From the NCBI GenBank assembly GCA_965226065.1, contig OZ245332.1, positions 98,206-162,205 of the forward strand: a stretch of 64,000 nt of DNA, read 5' to 3'. Positions 17,495 through 27,286 of this stretch are shown one piece after another. A program made the position numbers and the translations under genes. How positions within the stretch are numbered: position 1 is the first letter of the stretch; every line of letters begins with the position of its first letter. The notes under the pieces are model-generated. The model did no database searches. It worked only from the letters and a program-made list of their open reading frames with translations, and was not told the origin of the DNA. This DNA is from Spirochaetia bacterium. Lineage in GTDB: Bacteria > Spirochaetota > Spirochaetia > WTKD01 > G963693115.

Positions 17495-18580
17495 ATGGAC
17501 ATAGAACTGAAAGAAATTACGGTACGTGAATTAACCGAAGGCTACAAAGACAACAAAGAAGGCGGAGTTGTTGGCTATGCAGGCAGGCTAGACATCCGCC
17601 CGCCGTTTCAACGAGAGTTTATTTATAAAGAGCATCAAAAAAATGCCGTCATCGACACCATCACCAAAGGCTTTCCTTTAAACGTGATGTACTGGGCAGT
17701 GCGCAGCGATGGTAAGAGTTTTGAAATCATAGACGGACAACAGCGCAGCATCTCCATATGCCAATATGTATCTCACGAATTTTCCTTTGAGGGACGGTAC
17801 ATCCACAATCTGCAAGAAGACGAGCAAGCGCAGATATTGAACTACAAGCTGATGGTTTATTTCTGCCGTGGCACAGACAGTGAAAAGCTCAAGTGGTTCA
17901 AAACCATTAACATAGCGGGGGAAAGGCTTACTGACCAAGAGTTAAGAAACGCCGTGTATTCAGGCTCGTGGGTTAGCGATGCGAAGAGATATTTTAGCAA
18001 AGGGGGTTGTCCTGCCTACGAAATCGGAAATGGCTATCTCAATGGTTCTGCCATACGGCAAGAGTATCTTGAGACCGCTATCAAGTGGATAAGCAACAAC
18101 AAGATAGAAGACTACATGGGAAAACAGCAGCACAAACCCAATGCCAACGAACTGTGGTTGTACTTTCAGGGAGTCATTAATTGGATTAAAGCAACCTTTC
18201 CCACCTATCGCAAAGAGATGAAAGGCTTAGAATGGGGCGATTTGTATGTCCGCTACAAAGATAGCCATCTTGACTCTCAAAAGCTTGAAGAAGAAATCGC
18301 TACATTGATGCAAGATGACGATGTAACACGAAAACAAGGCATTTACGCCTATGTGCTCACAGGAGAAGAAAGGCACTTGAACATCCGCGCCTTTACGGAC
18401 AATCAAAAACGGGAAGCTTACGAAAAACAAGAAGGTATATGCACACAGTGTAAAAAACACTTTAGCATAGAAGATATGGAAGCCGACCACATCACCCCGT
18501 GGCATGAAGGTGGAAAAACCATACCTGAGAACTGTCAAATGCTGTGCAAAGAAGATAACAGAAGAAAATCAGGTAAATAA
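17495..18580 (+). CDS. DUF262 (GmrSD N-terminal, ParB-like) + HNH endonuclease protein; likely type IV (modification-dependent) restriction-type nuclease
   Basis: The EIIDGQQR motif is diagnostic of DUF262. The C-terminal CTQCKK...ADHITPWHEGGKT...NCQMLCKEDNRRK is a classical HNH motif. Confidence 0.75.
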   Translation: MDIELKEITVRELTEGYKDNKEGGVVGYAGRLDIRPPFQREFIYKEHQKNAVIDTITKGFPLNVMYWAVRSDGKSFEIIDGQQRSISICQYVSHEFSFEGRYIHNLQEDEQAQILNYKLMVYFCRGTDSEKLKWFKTINIAGERLTDQELRNAVYSGSWVSDAKRYFSKGGCPAYEIGNGYLNGSAIRQEYLETAIKWISNNKIEDYMGKQQHKPNANELWLYFQGVINWIKATFPTYRKEMKGLEWGDLYVRYKDSHLDSQKLEEEIATLMQDDDVTRKQGIYAYVLTGEERHLNIRAFTDNQKREAYEKQEGICTQCKKHFSIEDMEADHITPWHEGGKTIPENCQMLCKEDNRRKSGK

Positions 18581-18584
18581 CGCT

Positions 18585-19640
18585 TTAATCCGGACGTTTT
18601 TTAGCACAAGGACCTTTGCACCATGTGGGAAATCTAGAAAAAACAGGTAGAAATTCTCTAAGAAACATATCCCGTTTATATATTCTCTTAAACTTGAAGT
18701 AGTTTCCCCATTTTTGGAGATCTTGATTGAATGCGTTAGCATTCTTGAACATGTATGCTATATTTGTAACTGCTCTCATGTCCCAATCCGATATATCTTG
18801 ATTAAAGCTTGTAGCACTTTGAAACATGCTTCTCATATCCGTAACCGCCGCTACGTTCCATGTCCCTATATTTTGATTAAAGCTTGTAGCACTTTCAAAC
18901 ATGCTTTTCATATCCGTAACCGCCGCTACGTTCCATGTCCCTATATTTTGATTAAAGCTCGTAGCACCGACAAACATTTGGCGCATATTTTCAACTTCTA
19001 ATACCTTCCAGCCTGATATGTCGATGTTAAAAACTGTATTATCTTGAAACATTTCCTCCATAGTTCTTACCTTAGAAGTATCCCACATGGAGATATCGCC
19101 ATTGAATTCGTGAAACCCATAGCCTTCTACTTCTAGACTTACCTCATGATCTTTTCTAAACAGCGAGCTCATATCGGTGATGGCAGAGGTGTCTATGTAG
19201 TTGAGGTCGACCATATTTCCTTTAGCAGTCGTAGCTCGTTCTATTTCAGCTACCAGAGCGTCCTTAAGTTGGGGTTTGAACTTTTCTATGTTTAATTTGT
19301 AGCTGTCAGTTATCTCATCGTATCCATCTGAAGCTTCTTTTGTAGCGGTGATGGTAACTTTGCCCAAGCTAACAAAGCTTACTACTCCTGCATTATCGAC
19401 CGTGGCTATCGCTTTATTACTTGATGTATACACAATATCTCGGGTATCGCCTGTTGGCTTACTTGTTTCGCTTACGGGTTTGTTGTATGTGCCATTTGTC
19501 GTGTATTCAACCTCGTAGCTGTTTTTATCAAAGGCAAAGCTGTAAGCGACAGACTTGTCTGTTTTTTTTGATTTTGGACTATCGCATGCTGCGATAAAAA
19601 AGGTAAATGCAAGTATTAAAATTACATTAAAATGTTTCAT
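18585..19640 (-). CDS. BspA-like (DUF285, Mycoplasma-type LRR) surface lipoprotein
   Basis: Lipobox FIAACDSP. C-terminal repeats of about 26 aa (SFNQNIGTWNVAAVTDMKSMFESAT; FNGDISMWDTSKV). Confidence 0.8.
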   Translation of the reverse strand: MKHFNVILILAFTFFIAACDSPKSKKTDKSVAYSFAFDKNSYEVEYTTNGTYNKPVSETSKPTGDTRDIVYTSSNKAIATVDNAGVVSFVSLGKVTITATKEASDGYDEITDSYKLNIEKFKPQLKDALVAEIERATTAKGNMVDLNYIDTSAITDMSSLFRKDHEVSLEVEGYGFHEFNGDISMWDTSKVRTMEEMFQDNTVFNIDISGWKVLEVENMRQMFVGATSFNQNIGTWNVAAVTDMKSMFESATSFNQNIGTWNVAAVTDMRSMFQSATSFNQDISDWDMRAVTNIAYMFKNANAFNQDLQKWGNYFKFKRIYKRDMFLREFLPVFSRFPTWCKGPCAKKRPD

Positions 19641-19911
19641 AGTTTTTTCCTTCTTTAATTTACTACTTAACTAATTTACTACTTATACTATACGCCGGGG
19701 CTAAGGCAATTAAGTTTTTTAATAACAATAAATATCTTTTATATTATATCATTTCTTTCTTGCACTGGTTGCGTCTATGTTATATGTCGCGGTGCTTCTT
19801 TTGTATTTTGCGTTTTCTTGAAGTTCTGCAGTAATAGTATACACTCTGAGGCTGGCATAATATCTGATTGTAACTTCCCCGCTACTGCTGTTAATGGTAA
19901 CACCGAAGTTC

Positions 19912-20467
19912 TTAGGTTCTTATGCTATATCTTATATTTCGGTTATCTCCTGCAACTGCTCCACTCTTACTAGCTGTTTGAGTAATTGTAGTACTTTTTC
20001 GTTTTATTGTTTTGCGGCTTGTGTCTGCAAAGCTTAAAGTATTACCCTGTTTTCTTGTAAATTCAATCGGCTCACTTGCTACCTCCTCGCCACCAAACGA
20101 AGCAACTACGATTACATTTTGTGCTGCGTGCGTTGCGGTAATCTTCATTGCGGGATTGCTTGCGGGATTTTTTGCCTCCTTAGCAGTAACTCCGCTAAGT
20201 GTTATTCTAGGTGGCACTGTTTTTCTTAAAGCGTAAGTATATCCCGCTGTTTTTCTAAAAATTATATCCGTATCCCACGGTACAGATTTATCACTAAACG
20301 CGGGCTTAGTTAGTGTAGACTTTGTTCCCCCTTTGTTGGCTTCTACAACTGTTTCAGTAGCTGCCTCATTGAGTGCTTTCTTGAGTTCTGCCTTTGCTTT
20401 CTTTTCATCGCATGAGATGAATAAAGCCAATGCAATAAATATTATTACTATATATATAATTCTTCAT
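19912..20467 (-). CDS. Lipoprotein related to the N-terminal domain of the BspA-like family (no LRR part); the ATG with RBS is out of frame across a (TA)5 tract
   Basis: Body (ALFISCDEKKAKAELKK...TKPAFSDKS...FRKTAGYTYALRKT...VIVVASFGGEEVASEPIEF) aligns with the N-domains of the 20499..21830 and 21849..22739 proteins. The minus strand shows AAGGAG-aaattatt-ATG (ATG = complement of 20465..20467). That frame reads MKNYIYSNNIYCIGFIHLMR-stop; the body frame is entered 1 nt later. The ORF track starts at an internal TTG at 20430. Confidence 0.5.
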
Positions 20468-20498
20468 AATAATTTCTCCTTATTTTGTTTTTTATGTA

Positions 20499-21830
20499 TC
20501 ACCTTGCCCAACTCGGCTTGTTCAATGTCTCCATTGCCGTAGCGCCTGTGAACATGTTTGTAGTCTCTCTTCCGCTCTTATCTTTCCAACCGCTGATGTC
20601 TTGATTGAATGAGGTAGCTTTGTAGAACATATTGCTCATGTCGGTTACGCTCAATACATTCCAAGTCTTAAGTGGTTGATTGAATGAGGTAGCACTGTCG
20701 AACATAGCGCTTATGTCTGTTACGCTTGATACATTCCAAGTATTAAGCGGTTGGTTGAATGAGGTAGCTTTGTAGAACATACTGCTCATGTAGGTTACCT
20801 GCGATACATTCCAAGTCTTAAGTGGTTGATTGAATGAGGTAGCACCGCTGAACATAAAGCGCATGTCTGTTACGCTTGATACATTCCATGTGTTAAGCGG
20901 TTGGTTGAATGAGGTAGCATTCAAGAACATAGCGCTTATGTCGGTTACGCTTGATACATTCCATGTGTTAAGCGGTTGGTTGAATGAGGTAGCATTCGAG
21001 AACATATAGCGCATGTCGGTTACGCTTGATACATTCCAAGTCTTAAGTGGTTGGTTGAATGAGGTAGCACTGTCGAACATAGCGCTTATGTCTGTTACGC
21101 TTGATACATTCCAAGTCTTAAGTGGTTGGTTGAATGAGGTTGCGCCGTGGAACATAACGCTCATGTCGGTTACCCTTGATACGTTCCAATTATTAAGCGG
21201 TTGGTTGAATGAGGTAGCACCTCTGAACATACAGCTCATGTTGATTACGCTTGATACATTCCAATTATTAAGCGGTTGGTTGAATGAGGTAGTGCCGTCG
21301 AACATATAGCTCATGTCGGTTACGCTTGATGTGTCCCATTTGCTTATGTCACCGTTGAATTTTATTTTTTTATAAAAAAGATCGCTCATGTCTGTTATTT
21401 CTGATGTGTCTATGTAATTTAGATTTACATTGTTGCCGTGTGCTTTTATTGCTTTGTTAATTTCTGCTTGTAATGCTGCTTTGTTTGCTACATGAAAAAG
21501 AAAGTCTATAGGTTCGCTATCAATGGTATTGTCGTCCTTAGTAGCAACAACCACAACACCGCTTATTGCTTTTGTAGATCTTACTTGTTTCTTCGTGGAA
21601 TCTCCCACTACATCGCTAAGCATTACGCTGCTTGTAGCGGTTTTCAGTGCATAGCTATGCCCTGCTACTTTTGTAAATGTAGCCGCTCTTCCTGCCCTCA
21701 CACGGTAGGCGCTTAGTACGGGCTTTGTTAGCTTAGCGGTGTTCTTATCTGCCTCTGCTACCGTTTCATCACATCCCAATAATGCAATGGCTAATGCGAT
21801 ACATACTATCGCTGTATGTAGTTTTCTCAT
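20499..21830 (-). CDS. BspA-like (DUF285) LRR surface lipoprotein, about 11 tandem 26-aa repeats
   Basis: Lipobox LLGCDE. Repeats TSFNQPLNTWNVSSVTDMSxMFxxA encoded by ~78-bp tandem DNA repeats (about 20560..21330). Confidence 0.85.
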   Translation of the reverse strand: MRKLHTAIVCIALAIALLGCDETVAEADKNTAKLTKPVLSAYRVRAGRAATFTKVAGHSYALKTATSSVMLSDVVGDSTKKQVRSTKAISGVVVVATKDDNTIDSEPIDFLFHVANKAALQAEINKAIKAHGNNVNLNYIDTSEITDMSDLFYKKIKFNGDISKWDTSSVTDMSYMFDGTTSFNQPLNNWNVSSVINMSCMFRGATSFNQPLNNWNVSRVTDMSVMFHGATSFNQPLKTWNVSSVTDISAMFDSATSFNQPLKTWNVSSVTDMRYMFSNATSFNQPLNTWNVSSVTDISAMFLNATSFNQPLNTWNVSSVTDMRFMFSGATSFNQPLKTWNVSQVTYMSSMFYKATSFNQPLNTWNVSSVTDISAMFDSATSFNQPLKTWNVLSVTDMSNMFYKATSFNQDISGWKDKSGRETTNMFTGATAMETLNKPSWAR

Positions 21831-21848
21831 AATAATACTCTTCTTTTT

Positions 21849-22739
21849 TCACCTTGCCCAAGTAGGCTTGTTCAATGTTTGCATTGCCATTGCACCTGCA
21901 AACATGTCTGTAGTGTATCTTCCGCTCTTCTCTGCCCAAGCTCTTAAGTCTTGATTGAATACCGTAGCTGCTCTGAACATTTCGCGCATGTTTGTTACGC
22001 TTGAGATATTCCAACTATTAAGTGGCTGATTGAATGCCCTAGCAAGATTGAACATAGCACCCATGTCTGTTACCTTCGATACATTCCAAGTAGTAAGCGG
22101 TTGATTGAATGCCCTAGCATTTTGGAACATACCGTACATGTCTGTTACCTTTGATACATTCCAAGTAGTAAGCGGTTGATTGAATTTCCTAGCATTTTGG
22201 AACATGCGGATCATGTTTGTTGCTTCCGATACATCCCATTTACTAATATCACCGTTAAAATCTTTTTTGTCTTCAAAAAGCTTGCTCATGTCGGTTACTT
22301 CCGAGGTGTCGATGTAGTTTAGGTTTACTTCGTTGCCGTGTAATTTTATCGCTTCGGTAATTTCTGCTTGTAATGCTGCTTTGTTTGCTACATGAAAAAG
22401 AAAGTCTATAGGGTCGCTATCAATGCTATTACCGTCAAGCGTGGCAACCACCACAATACCGCTTACTACTACCGTAGAGCTTACTTGTTTTTTAGTGGTA
22501 TCACCCACTACATCGCCAAGTGTTACACCGCTTGTAGCGGTTTTCAGTGCATAGCTATGCCCTGCTACTTTTGTAAATGTAATTGGTATTTCTTTTCTCA
22601 CACGGTAAGTACTTAATACGGGCTTTGTGAGCTTTGTGGTGTTCTTGTCTGTCTCTGCTACCGTTGCTTTCTTCTCATCACATCCCAATAATGCAATGGC
22701 TAATGCGATAAATATTATTGCTGTATGTAGTTTTTTCAT
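21849..22739 (-). CDS. BspA-like (DUF285) LRR surface lipoprotein, fewer repeats
   Basis: N-domain is about 80% identical to the previous gene. Repeats FNQPLTTWNVSKVTDMYGMFQNARA. Confidence 0.85.
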   Translation of the reverse strand: MKKLHTAIIFIALAIALLGCDEKKATVAETDKNTTKLTKPVLSTYRVRKEIPITFTKVAGHSYALKTATSGVTLGDVVGDTTKKQVSSTVVVSGIVVVATLDGNSIDSDPIDFLFHVANKAALQAEITEAIKLHGNEVNLNYIDTSEVTDMSKLFEDKKDFNGDISKWDVSEATNMIRMFQNARKFNQPLTTWNVSKVTDMYGMFQNARAFNQPLTTWNVSKVTDMGAMFNLARAFNQPLNSWNISSVTNMREMFRAATVFNQDLRAWAEKSGRYTTDMFAGAMAMQTLNKPTWAR

Positions 22740-22846
22740 AATAATATTTTCCTTGTTTTTGTTTTATGTTATCTTATTTAATTATATAATAGTAGAATTT
22801 GATGATATAAACGTAAAAAATTTAATTGTTCTTCTAAGTTCACACC

Positions 22847-23308
22847 TTACTCTTTCAGTTTTCTTTGAGCACGTTTTATCGCTATATTTGCATTTACATC
22901 TTTTGTTGCCAGTACTGGGTTTAGTTCTATTGCCTTGTTAAGATCTTTAATCGCGTCTCTATACCTACCTAAATTGAATCTTGCGTATCCTCGATTAAGA
23001 TACGCATTAGCATGCTTGGGATTTAATTTTATAGCTTCATCGTAATATGGTATAGCCTCCGCAAAATTATCATGAATTTCTTTCAGATATCCACTATTAA
23101 AATACGAATTAGCTTTGGCAATTTCCTCTGCAGACACCTCTTTAAATGGTGGCGTTACCTTGATTTTCGCTTGTGTCTTTTCCGCGATCTTCTCTGCTTC
23201 CGATGTTTTCGGATCTTCACAACCGATTACTGTAAGCAATAAGAATACAAGTGCCATAAATATTTTTATAATATGTTTTTTCTTCATAATCAAATCTCTT
23301 TTTATCAT
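22847..23308 (-). CDS. Small TPR-repeat lipoprotein
   Basis: Signal peptide and lipobox (LLLTVIGCEDP). Three TPR-like units (AIPYYDEAIKLNPKHANAYLNRGYARFNLGRYRDAIKDLNKAIELNP). The start may be at the internal MKKKH methionine. Confidence 0.65.
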   Translation of the reverse strand: MIKRDLIMKKKHIIKIFMALVFLLLTVIGCEDPKTSEAEKIAEKTQAKIKVTPPFKEVSAEEIAKANSYFNSGYLKEIHDNFAEAIPYYDEAIKLNPKHANAYLNRGYARFNLGRYRDAIKDLNKAIELNPVLATKDVNANIAIKRAQRKLKE

Positions 23309-23557
23309 AGTTTGTTTATCACCTCATGGTGGCCGTATAGTAAGTTGAAATGAGTTGTTTCACCTTCATAGTAGATAATTCGTAGTACATTTTCAAGTAT
23401 TGATTTTAATTAAAAATATGGTTTTCTATGTATCAAAATATGGCAATATTATAGGGTTAAATTGACATATCTTTATAAGATTACATACAATAGAAAGAAA
23501 CACAATAACAAAAAATGTATTATTACATCAAATAATAACAATGAGTTAGGGGGATAC

Positions 23558-24565
23558 ATGAAAATTGCAATAAATGGATTTGGTCGCATAGGACGTAATG
23601 TTTTTAAAATAGCACTAGAGCATGGACTTGATATCGTGGGTATTAATGACCTTACTGATACTAAGACGCTTTGTATGCTTTTGCGTTATGATTCAACACA
23701 AGGCAAATTTCAAGGAAAGGTTTCGTACGATGATACGTCACTGCTAGTAAACGGGAAGCAATACAAAGTTTTTGCCGAAAGAAACCCAAAGAACATCCCC
23801 TGGGGACTGTCTCCCGATGTTGTTGTCGAGGCTACTGGTGTGTTTGCAGAAAGAAGTTCTGCCAAAGGTGGTTATGGAGATCACCTTGAAAACGAGAAAT
23901 TCCCTGCAAAGCGTGTTATCCTTACAGTTCCGTCAAAAGATACCATAGACAATACTATCGTAATGGGCGTAAATGAAGATGCACTTCGTAGTACAGACAG
24001 ATGTGTCTCGAATGCATCGTGTACGACAAACTGCCTTGCTCCTATAGCTAAAATACTTGATGAAAAATTTGGAATTCAAAAAGGCTATATGACTACGGTA
24101 CACGCGTATACAAATGACCAAATTATATTGGATGCACCGCATAAAGACTTACGTCGAGCGCGTTCTGCGGCATTGTCGATTATTCCTACAACCACAGGGG
24201 CGGCGCGAGCTGTCGGAAAAGTATTGCCACAGCTTAATGGAAAACTCGATGGTGTAGCAATGCGTGTACCAACTCCTACGGGCTCTATTGTCGATTTAGT
24301 CGTACTAGTAGAAAAAGAGCCTCGCGTAGAAGAGGTGAATGCTGCGGTAAAAAACTATGCTGAAAATCAACTCAAAGGTATTTTAGAATATACAGAAGAT
24401 CCGATTGTATCTGCAGATATTGTACACAATTCGCATTCATCTATATTTGATGCGACTAGCACCATGGTTATGGGAAATATGATAAAAGTATTTTCGTGGT
24501 ATGACAACGAATGGGGCTACTCTTCACGCGTTGTGGATCTTGCGAAAAAACTTGCAACGCTATAG
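23558..24565 (+). CDS. gap: Glyceraldehyde-3-phosphate dehydrogenase
   Basis: MKIAINGFGRIGR NAD-binding N-terminus, catalytic SCTTNCLAP, C-terminal WYDNEWGYS. GGGG RBS. The ORF-track start at 23462 is too early. Confidence 0.95.
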   Translation: MKIAINGFGRIGRNVFKIALEHGLDIVGINDLTDTKTLCMLLRYDSTQGKFQGKVSYDDTSLLVNGKQYKVFAERNPKNIPWGLSPDVVVEATGVFAERSSAKGGYGDHLENEKFPAKRVILTVPSKDTIDNTIVMGVNEDALRSTDRCVSNASCTTNCLAPIAKILDEKFGIQKGYMTTVHAYTNDQIILDAPHKDLRRARSAALSIIPTTTGAARAVGKVLPQLNGKLDGVAMRVPTPTGSIVDLVVLVEKEPRVEEVNAAVKNYAENQLKGILEYTEDPIVSADIVHNSHSSIFDATSTMVMGNMIKVFSWYDNEWGYSSRVVDLAKKLATL

Positions 24566-24573
24566 TTTTTGCT

Positions 24574-25776
24574 ATGTTACAAACTATTGATAGTGCCTCT
24601 TTTGCTTCTGCATGCGAAAACAAATGTGTGCTTATGCGCGTAGATTTTAATGTTCCGCTTCGTGATGGGCTTATATCAGACGATACGCGTATACGTGGAG
24701 CACTTCAGTCTATAAAACACATACTGAAACACAAGGTAAAACTTATTTTAGTAAGCCATTTAGGAAGACCGAAAGGTGAAAGACTTTCTCAATATTCGTT
24801 AGCACCGATTGCAAAGCATCTTCAATTATTGTTGCAACGAGAAAATTTGCAGGCGAGTGTTGTCATGGCAGATGATGTCATTGGTACAAGCGTCGAACAA
24901 ATGGTTCATAAGCTTGCCTTTGGAGATATAGTACTTTTAGAAAATGTTCGGTATTACAAAGAAGAGACAGACAACGATGAAAATTTTGCAAAGCAGCTAG
25001 CATCCCTTGCCGATGTATTTGTAAACGATGCGTTTGGCACGGCACATAGAGCACATGCATCTACAGAAGGTGTTGCACACATTTTGCCATCTTATGCAGG
25101 CTTACTTATAAAAAAAGAAGTTTCATTTTTCCAAACGCTTTTATCGAATCCTGAACAGCCTTTTGTATCAATTATAGGAGGTGCGAAAGTTTCAAGCAAA
25201 ATACAAGTATTGCAATCGCTCTTAGCTACGAGCAAAACTTTTGTTATTGGCGGAGGTATGGCGTATACCTTTTTGAAAGCACAGGGACATAGCATAGGCA
25301 AGAGTTTATATGAATCTCACTGTGAAGATCTTGCAAAGGATTTTTTACATGCAGCGGCAAAGCAAAATGTAGAAGTGATACTACCTATTGATCATATCTG
25401 TGCGCAAGAGTTTGCAGAAAATGCTCAGAGTCAAGTGATAAATTCTCTTGATGTACCAGATGATCTCATTGCTATGGATATTGGAGAAAAGTCTATAAGC
25501 GCAATAAAGCAGTGTATCGGAGGTGCAGCTACTATCGTGTGGAATGGTCCTATGGGAGTTTTTGAGTTTGATTCTTTTGCCCGTGGGACGAAAGATGTCG
25601 CCGAAGCAATTGCACACAGTAGCGCTATCTCCGTAGTCGGCGGTGGCGACTCAGTTGCAGCTGCATCTGAGTTTAATTTGGTAGAAGAATTTTCGCATGT
25701 CTCAACTGGTGGTGGTGCATCTTTAGAATTTTTAGAAGGCAAGGTGCTGCCGGGCATACGTGTTTTGCAGAACTGA
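24574..25776 (+). CDS. pgk: Phosphoglycerate kinase
   Basis: RVDFNVPL, ILVSHLGRP, GGGASLEFLEGK motifs. Immediately follows gap. Confidence 0.95.
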   Translation: MLQTIDSASFASACENKCVLMRVDFNVPLRDGLISDDTRIRGALQSIKHILKHKVKLILVSHLGRPKGERLSQYSLAPIAKHLQLLLQRENLQASVVMADDVIGTSVEQMVHKLAFGDIVLLENVRYYKEETDNDENFAKQLASLADVFVNDAFGTAHRAHASTEGVAHILPSYAGLLIKKEVSFFQTLLSNPEQPFVSIIGGAKVSSKIQVLQSLLATSKTFVIGGGMAYTFLKAQGHSIGKSLYESHCEDLAKDFLHAAAKQNVEVILPIDHICAQEFAENAQSQVINSLDVPDDLIAMDIGEKSISAIKQCIGGAATIVWNGPMGVFEFDSFARGTKDVAEAIAHSSAISVVGGGDSVAAASEFNLVEEFSHVSTGGGASLEFLEGKVLPGIRVLQN

Positions 25777-25855
25777 CCTTCAATATTTATGTATTTTGTA
25801 TTGCACTTGTAGCATACTCTATTCTGTTATCGTATAATAAAAATTAAGGATTGTT

Positions 25856-26608
25856 ATGAGAGAAAAATATATTGTAGGCAATTGGAAGATGAATACAAAT
25901 GTTCATGAAGGAATACAACTTGCCAAAAAAATAGCAACGCAGATACGCTCTTCTGATACTACAAAAATTATCGTAGCGCCACCTTTTACATCGCTTAGTA
26001 CTATCGCCGATATAATACGCGATACTCCCGTAAAGCTTGCTGCACAAAATGCTTCTGCTTATGAGCTAGGGAGCTATACCGGTGAAATATCTGCAGGAAT
26101 GATCGTCGATATTGGAGCTTCGTATGTAATACTTGGACATTCGGAACGGAGATTGTTTTTTCACGAGAAGAATGAAGAAATCAATAAAAAAATACTCCAT
26201 GCCTTACGCTGTACTTTGAACGTTATATTGTGCATAGGCGAAACTGCCGAAGAGCGGGAGGCAGGGAAGCTTCGCAGTATAATAGATACACAGCTTATTG
26301 GAGGACTTGCATCTGTTTCATTTCAACAGATGGAATACCTTATCATAGCCTATGAACCGGTATGGGCAATTGGCACAGGAAAGTCAGCGTCTGTAGAAGC
26401 TGTAAATGAGGTGCATAGCATGATTAGAAAAAGAATTGTAGAATTATATGGCGAGGAAGTTGCAGAAAAAACCGCAATACTTTACGGTGGATCTGTGAAG
26501 CCTGAAAATGCCGCTGCGTTTATGCATCAAGAACATGTAGATGGTCTCTTAGTTGGTGGAGCTTCGCTTGTTGCAGACTCTTTTCTTCGCATTATAGAAG
26601 CGTCATAA
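25856..26608 (+). CDS. tpiA: Triosephosphate isomerase
   Basis: GNWKMN, AYEPVWAIGTG, GGS..P motifs. Confidence 0.95.
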   Translation: MREKYIVGNWKMNTNVHEGIQLAKKIATQIRSSDTTKIIVAPPFTSLSTIADIIRDTPVKLAAQNASAYELGSYTGEISAGMIVDIGASYVILGHSERRLFFHEKNEEINKKILHALRCTLNVILCIGETAEEREAGKLRSIIDTQLIGGLASVSFQQMEYLIIAYEPVWAIGTGKSASVEAVNEVHSMIRKRIVELYGEEVAEKTAILYGGSVKPENAAAFMHQEHVDGLLVGGASLVADSFLRIIEAS

Positions 26609-26630
26609 CGCATTTTTAGAGAGGAACATT

Positions 26631-27101
26631 ATGGGAATACTCGTAGGATTTTTAATAGGAATTTTGATACTGTGTGCTTTGTTACTGGTGGTCATTATAC
26701 TCATACAAGACGATGGGTCAGAAGGTGCAGGTATGATCTTTGGTAGTGCTGCATCTCAACAGTATGGAGTGAGAAAAGGTAACATTGTAACAAGAACTAC
26801 AGGCATATTGGCAACGGTATTTATGGTACTTGCATTTTCGCTTGCGTTTTTTCTTACTGATCGCGATGATACAAAATCATTGCAGGCAATTGCCGAGAAA
26901 AAACAATCTACCGATAATACTACTATCAAGTGGTGGGAAGAAAGCGAAAAATCCTCGGTAGATGAAGATAGTGAGAATGCAAAAGAAGCTGCAGATGAAA
27001 ACAATTCTGTAGAAAGCAGTAAAGATACAAAAGAAACTGCAGATGAAAGTGACGAAGAATATTCTCAAAGTATTTCTGAATCGAAACCTAAATCTGAATA
27101 A
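26631..27101 (+). CDS. secG: Preprotein translocase subunit SecG with acidic/Ser-rich C-terminal extension
   Basis: Two TM segments with a Gly-rich loop (GSEGAGMIFGSAASQQYG). Conserved position after tpiA. Confidence 0.7.
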   Translation: MGILVGFLIGILILCALLLVVIILIQDDGSEGAGMIFGSAASQQYGVRKGNIVTRTTGILATVFMVLAFSLAFFLTDRDDTKSLQAIAEKKQSTDNTTIKWWEESEKSSVDEDSENAKEAADENNSVESSKDTKETADESDEEYSQSISESKPKSE

Positions 27102-27286
27102 GGAAAAATTTTAATTCGTACTGTAGTACTGATATTTCATTGCATGTGCAAATTGCTACGTAGCGTATTATAAAATAATAACGTAACAAATGTATTTGTT
27201 TACACTTGCATTGCTTATCGAAATCTACCTGTATTATCGTTATAATTGACGAAAGTATTGTAGTTTTATATTCTTAAGATTATATA

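Noticed and set aside
27102-27286. Possible lysine riboswitch upstream of the LysA-family decarboxylase gene
   Set aside because: The 185-nt leader is AT-rich with no recognisable conserved L-box helices or GC-rich junctions by eye. It cannot be supported without a covariance-model search (Rfam RF00168).
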